A stretch of DNA of 31,746 nucleotides from Candidatus Bathyarchaeia archaeon (GTDB lineage: Archaea; Thermoproteota; Bathyarchaeia; Bathyarchaeales; Bathycorpusculaceae), in the NCBI GenBank assembly GCA_050012755.1, contig JBEKGO010000030.1:1-31746 (forward strand). Direction: 5' to 3'. Shown one piece after another: positions 27,534-31,746 of this stretch (within the stretch, counting starts at the first letter, position 1; each line of letters begins with the position of its first letter). The translations under genes and the position numbers were made by a program. The notes below the pieces were generated by a model. That model ran no database searches. It was given only the letters and a program-made list of their open reading frames with translations, and had not been told where the DNA came from.

Positions 27534-27986
27534 TCACCTCAGTTCCGTGTGCTTTAGGTTAAGTTTCCTGTAGAGCAGTAATCCCTCAATTAGGAACAAA
27601 ATCATGGCTACTCCAGTCATGCCTGTTAAAAACAAGAAGCTGGCTTGAATTACAATACTTTTTATAAGGTAGCTTAACACTATTATCATTATTTCGGCGG
27701 CGAAAGCGCCTAGAAAAAAGAAGGAATAAAACATCAACCGCGGCACGAGGTTTTTGCCGACCCACACGTGCCCGTTGATGCTTGCTTTTTCCTTTAGAAG
27801 ATAATCGCCGTACTCGTTTTTTTCGATTAACCCGAGCTCTTCAAGTTTTTGCAAATGTCTATGCGCGACGCTTGTGCTGCTTAAGCATGCTCCTCTTGTC
27901 ACATCTCTTGTTCCGACCGGCTTAGCTGCGTGGACGATGTATGCGTAGACGTTTAATGTGTTGCCTTCGAGTTCTTCGTTAGTCAG
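27534..27986 (-). CDS. Membrane-anchored winged-helix transcription regulator
   Basis: The frame extends to CTG 27986: TNEELEGNTLNVYAYI..PVGTRDVTRGACLSSTSVAHRHLQKLEELGLIEKNEYGDY, a wHTH domain, followed by two TM helices. Confidence 0.8.
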   Translation of the reverse strand: MTNEELEGNTLNVYAYIVHAAKPVGTRDVTRGACLSSTSVAHRHLQKLEELGLIEKNEYGDYLLKEKASINGHVWVGKNLVPRLMFYSFFFLGAFAAEIMIIVLSYLIKSIVIQASFLFLTGMTGVAMILFLIEGLLLYRKLNLKHTELR

Positions 27987-28011
27987 AGATTGCAGCGACC
28001 TGTTTGCGTGT

Positions 28012-28863
28012 TTAACTGCCTGCTCCTGGATTCAACTGTGAAAGGGTGCTGTTGCTGCTCGGCGTCGACGTTGGTGACTGTATTATTGAGGGTCCCACTC
28101 CTGGGGGAAGGGGCAATGTTCCTTGTTGATAGGCTCCGTATGCAAAACCAAATCCGTTGCCGAGTTTTGTCAGCTCTATGTGTTCTATAACTTGGTTGCT
28201 TGCTGGTGTGGTGACTGTTACGTTGCCTTTGACTGTGACTGTGCATATTTTGCTCACGTCAATGTAAAGTGTTTGTGCATTTGCAATTTCTGCGGCAGCT
28301 TTCGGTAGGTTGTTTGGGTCAGTTCCAAATATGAAGTGGCTGACATATCCCAATGTGTATTGTTGGTTCGCTATGCCGTCTCCGGCTTGGCCACCGCAGC
28401 CATAATTGATGTCTTGGTCGCTGCTGGTCGGTCCGTTGAGGGTGATGCCATTCGCAAAGGCAATTGTTCCTTGTGGTCCACCAATCATTGTCACTATGGA
28501 GTCATTGGCTAAAATTCCTATGTAGTAGCCCATGTTGAAGATTGGTCCTTGAGGCGATGATATTGCAAATTTGTAGTATTCAACCTTGGCATCGACTGCG
28601 CTGAAGTCGGTTGGGTTCAAAGTGAAGTTTGCGACTATTTGGATATCGGAGCCGTAAAGTGTCATCGTATCGTTTGCACTGACTTTATTTGGGTTAATGT
28701 AGGCGTAAGTGATGTTCACACCGTTTGACAATGGCTCAACATTTGGCAGTTGCGTGTTTGTTTGCTGAGCTTGTGCCATCATCATGTATTCTATTGGCAT
28801 GATTGTTGCTATTCCTATTGTTATGGCGAGTATTGCGCATAGTATTAATTTTTTTTCTGTCAT
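28012..28863 (-). CDS. Exported or membrane-anchored hypothetical protein
   Basis: MTEKK plus a hydrophobic signal/anchor, a beta-rich body and a Ser/Thr/Pro tail. GGTGA SD. Confidence 0.8.
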   Translation of the reverse strand: MTEKKLILCAILAITIGIATIMPIEYMMMAQAQQTNTQLPNVEPLSNGVNITYAYINPNKVSANDTMTLYGSDIQIVANFTLNPTDFSAVDAKVEYYKFAISSPQGPIFNMGYYIGILANDSIVTMIGGPQGTIAFANGITLNGPTSSDQDINYGCGGQAGDGIANQQYTLGYVSHFIFGTDPNNLPKAAAEIANAQTLYIDVSKICTVTVKGNVTVTTPASNQVIEHIELTKLGNGFGFAYGAYQQGTLPLPPGVGPSIIQSPTSTPSSNSTLSQLNPGAGS

Positions 28864-28898
28864 TTGGTTTTTTCACCGCTCTACCAACCGTTAAAGCG

Positions 28899-28953
28899 AC
28901 ATATAATTCTCTCTGAAGAACACTTTGTTCTTTCGTTGTTCTCTAAGAGAACA
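28899..28953 (-). promoter_or_regulatory. Promoter with two inverted repeats upstream of the TATA box
   Basis: Minus-strand TTATAT at 28906-28901. AAGAACA-ctt-TGTTCTT at 28916-28932 and TGTTCTCT-a-AGAGAACA at 28937-28953. Confidence 0.55.
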
Positions 28954-28994
28954 CATTTGAAGAGGCACAAAAAAAAGAAATTATATAGTTTGCT

Positions 28995-30068
28995 TCAACG
29001 CTCGGTTGTTAACCCGTATGATCCTAATGTAAGTTTTTCAGCGCCATCCTTAGTTATGAGCACCGTGTCTTCGATTCGGACTCCTCCATTGCCTGGCAAG
29101 TAAATTCCAGGTTCGTCCGTCACAACGTTTCCTGAAGCCAAGATATCTTTGCTGTCAGGACTCAAAATTGGCGCTTCATGAACTTCCAAGCCAACTCCAT
29201 GTCCAAGGTTATGAACGAAGTATTCGCCAAAACCAGCTGCTTCAATTACCTGCCTCGCCTCAGCATCAACTTTTTTCGCTGAAATACGGGGTCTTATGCT
29301 CTCGAATGCTTTTTGCTGCGCCCGCTCAACTACTTCATAGATTTTCTTTTGTTTCTCAGAAGCCTTTCCAGCTACGAAGGTTCGCGTCATATCAGAGCGG
29401 TAAAACTTGTAGGTTGCACCTAAATCAACCACAACCAAATCGCCATTCCGAATTGTTCGGTCCGAGCAGGAACCATGAGGAAACGCTGAGCTGATGCCTG
29501 AAGCAATTATTGTATCAAAAGCTGTTCCGTCTGAACCTTTCTTGCGCATTGCATATTCAACTTCTGCTGCTACATCCTTTTCTTTTATGCCTGTACGGAT
29601 GGTTTGGGCAGCTACCTTCATGCCAATATTTGTCAAATTGCATGCTTCACGGATGAGTTGGATTTCTCGCTGGTCTTTCACTTTTCTTAAATCACGAATG
29701 AAGTTGCCGGCAGGCTCAAGTCTTTCTTCTCCACCGACTGCTTTGGCTAGGGCTCGCCAAAATTCAATTGAAACTGAGTCAACGGCAAGCTTGGTAGGTT
29801 TTTCGGGCGTTGCGTAGTTGGCGATTTTTTCCATTAAGTTTTCGCCCCGTTTTAGAAGTTCCACAGTTAAGCCGCTTGTTTCTGCTTCTGCCTGCTCATA
29901 ATTAACGGCTGAAACGTATAGGATGCTTTCGCCTTGTTCGGGGATTAGAAGTGCGGTTGCTCCTGGAAAGCTTGTGAAATAAGTTAAGTTTGCACTGTTA
30001 AGAACTAGAAAATAATTTAATTTATCGTTTTTAAACGCTGATTGCTTTAATGCGTTTATTCTGTTCAA
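28995..30068 (-). CDS. Xaa-Pro aminopeptidase/prolidase (M24B)
   Basis: Metal-ligand motifs DLGA, SDMTRT, HNLGHGVGLEVHE, DEPG and RIED. Confidence 0.92.
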   Translation of the reverse strand: MNRINALKQSAFKNDKLNYFLVLNSANLTYFTSFPGATALLIPEQGESILYVSAVNYEQAEAETSGLTVELLKRGENLMEKIANYATPEKPTKLAVDSVSIEFWRALAKAVGGEERLEPAGNFIRDLRKVKDQREIQLIREACNLTNIGMKVAAQTIRTGIKEKDVAAEVEYAMRKKGSDGTAFDTIIASGISSAFPHGSCSDRTIRNGDLVVVDLGATYKFYRSDMTRTFVAGKASEKQKKIYEVVERAQQKAFESIRPRISAKKVDAEARQVIEAAGFGEYFVHNLGHGVGLEVHEAPILSPDSKDILASGNVVTDEPGIYLPGNGGVRIEDTVLITKDGAEKLTLGSYGLTTER

Positions 30069-30244
30069 TGTCTTCGCCTGTTAGAAAAGAGAAATGTTTG
30101 TGATTGGTTTAAGTTTTCGCTTCCCATTTTTGCGTTATGCAGTAAAAAACAAGTCGTTATTAGTCAAGAAATTTTACGTGAATTAGCCGTTAACTTAATA
30201 TACGTTTTAGATGACTCGATAAGCAAGAATTGAGGGGAAAAAGC

Positions 30245-31746
30245 ATGTTCTCTTATGCAGGAAAAATTTTGCATGTTAACCTCACAACAGGCGAAACAAA
30301 AACAGAGCCATTATCTGAGGATATGGCTAGAAGCTATATTGGCGGTATAGGGTTAGGTATACGCCTACTTATGGACAATTCAAAACCAGGCACAGACGCC
30401 TTTGATCCAGATAACCCATTGATTTACTGCACTGGCCCATTAAGCGGCACCATGGGTCCAACAGCCGGAAACGGCTATGCTGTTGTTTCCAAATCGCCAG
30501 CCACAGGCGGAGTAGGCGAAGGCAAAGCTCACGGTTTCTTTGGTCCAGACCTAAAACGTGCAGGATACGACGCGGTTGTTATCAAGGGTAAAGCACCAAA
30601 ATTATCTTACCTTTGGATTGACGATGACAAAGTTGAAATCCGCGATGCAGGATACCTGAAAGGCGCAACAGTTAACGATACCGATAACAAAATTCGAGAT
30701 GAACTCGGCGACTTTTACATTCGTGTTTCAGCCATCGGCGAGGCTGGCGAGAAACTTTGCCGTTTTGCAGCCATCATAAACGACGAGTTCCGGGCCATCG
30801 GAAGAAGCGGCATGGGCGGAGTTATGGGCTCCAAAAACCTCAAGGCAGTTGCAGTCCGAGGAACCCACGACGTTAACGTCGCAAACCTTGAAGGATTTAA
30901 AGAATTCATCAAAATGATTCATGAGCGAATGAAGGGTCCAGCAACCAAGAAATACAAAACCTTGGGAACACCCGAAAACGTTTTGGTTCTTAATTCGCTT
31001 TCTGCTTTAGCCACGAGAAACTGGACTAACGCAACTTTTGAAGGAGCGGACAAAGTCAGCGGCGAATATTTAAACGAACATTATGTAAAGAAAATTGTGG
31101 GTTGTGCAACCTGCGGAATGCGTTGCGACCATATTGCTGTTGTTCCAGAAGGACCATACAAGGGCTCAACTTCAAGGCTTGAGTTCGAATGCCTTTGGAG
31201 CATGGGACCACTTTGCGGCGTTGACAGATTAGACGCAATTATTGAAGCTATGCGAATAGTCAACGAGTACGGCATGGACGGCATATCCATCGGCGTCGTC
31301 GTTGCATTTGCCATGGACCTATATGAGCACGGCATAATCACAAAGGAACAAACTGACGGAATTGACCTTCGCTTTGGAAATGCCGAGGCATTAATTGCAA
31401 TAATCCACAAAATCGGCAAACGCGAAGGCTGGCTTGGCAACATCCTTGCTGAAGGGGTTGCCAAAGCAGCTGAATTAATCGGTGGAGACGCATACAAGTA
31501 CGCCTGCCACATCAAAGGCTTAGAACTGCCAGGCTATGATTTGCGAACGCTAAAGACTGCGGCACTTGGCTTTAGTGTCTCGTTTCGTGGTGCATGCCAC
31601 CTAAGAAACGGAGCTTACTCACCCGACGTTAAAGGCAAAACAAACCGCTTCAAGATTGAGAAAGGAAGAGGCAAAATAATCGCGGACGAAGGCAACATGT
31701 ACAACATCATCGACTCACTTATCGTTTGCAAGTTCAGCAGAGGCAC
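30245..31746 (+). CDS. Aldehyde:ferredoxin oxidoreductase family (tungstopterin), 3'-truncated
   Basis: Manual translation MFSYAGKILHVNLTTG..YIGGIGLG..KSPATGG..AIGEAGE..GRSGMGGVMGSKNLKAV..CATCGMRC..RGACH. The frame is open to the window end and absent from the ORF track. Confidence 0.92.
   Translation, partial: MFSYAGKILHVNLTTGETKTEPLSEDMARSYIGGIGLGIRLLMDNSKPGTDAFDPDNPLIYCTGPLSGTMGPTAGNGYAVVSKSPATGGVGEGKAHGFFGPDLKRAGYDAVVIKGKAPKLSYLWIDDDKVEIRDAGYLKGATVNDTDNKIRDELGDFYIRVSAIGEAGEKLCRFAAIINDEFRAIGRSGMGGVMGSKNLKAVAVRGTHDVNVANLEGFKEFIKMIHERMKGPATKKYKTLGTPENVLVLNSLSALATRNWTNATFEGADKVSGEYLNEHYVKKIVGCATCGMRCDHIAVVPEGPYKGSTSRLEFECLWSMGPLCGVDRLDAIIEAMRIVNEYGMDGISIGVVVAFAMDLYEHGIITKEQTDGIDLRFGNAEALIAIIHKIGKREGWLGNILAEGVAKAAELIGGDAYKYACHIKGLELPGYDLRTLKTAALGFSVSFRGACHLRNGAYSPDVKGKTNRFKIEKGRGKIIADEGNMYNIIDSLIVCKFSRG

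Noticed and set aside
26785-28994. Integrated element at the tRNA 3' end
   Set aside because: No integrase and no direct repeat of the tRNA end. The only match is a short inverted one inside a coding region.

Overview
Archaeal chromosomal window with TATA/BRE promoters, GGAGG/GGTGA SD sites and oligo-T terminators. The gene content suggests Bathyarchaeia (inference). In order it holds: the start of a phenylacetate-CoA-ligase-like gene behind livG/livF-type ATPases; a zinc-ribbon membrane protein; a frameshifted lysW-like gene; an exported protein; an ACT protein; an ADP-forming acyl-CoA synthetase-GNAT fusion; a complete HoxEFUYH-type NAD-linked [NiFe] hydrogenase; hdrC-hdrB-mvhG-mvhA with no hdrA or mvhD; a flavodoxin, a YgbA-like protein and a hydrogenase protease; class II purE, purC and two purP paralogues; a kinase, a second flavodoxin and YwbE; an EF-2 paralogue without the diphthamide loop; OGG1; a CAT-anticodon tRNA (probably Ile2); an exported protein paired with a membrane-anchored wHTH regulator behind palindromic sites; an Xaa-Pro peptidase; and a truncated aldehyde:ferredoxin oxidoreductase. 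No CRISPR array, integrase or transposase was seen. The main leads are the Hox plus HdrA-less Mvh/Hdr arrangement, a candidate transmembrane signalling pair with operators, apparent ACG/GCG/CTG start codons, and an unannotated 40-aa ORF. All calls come from motif recognition only; no searches were run.
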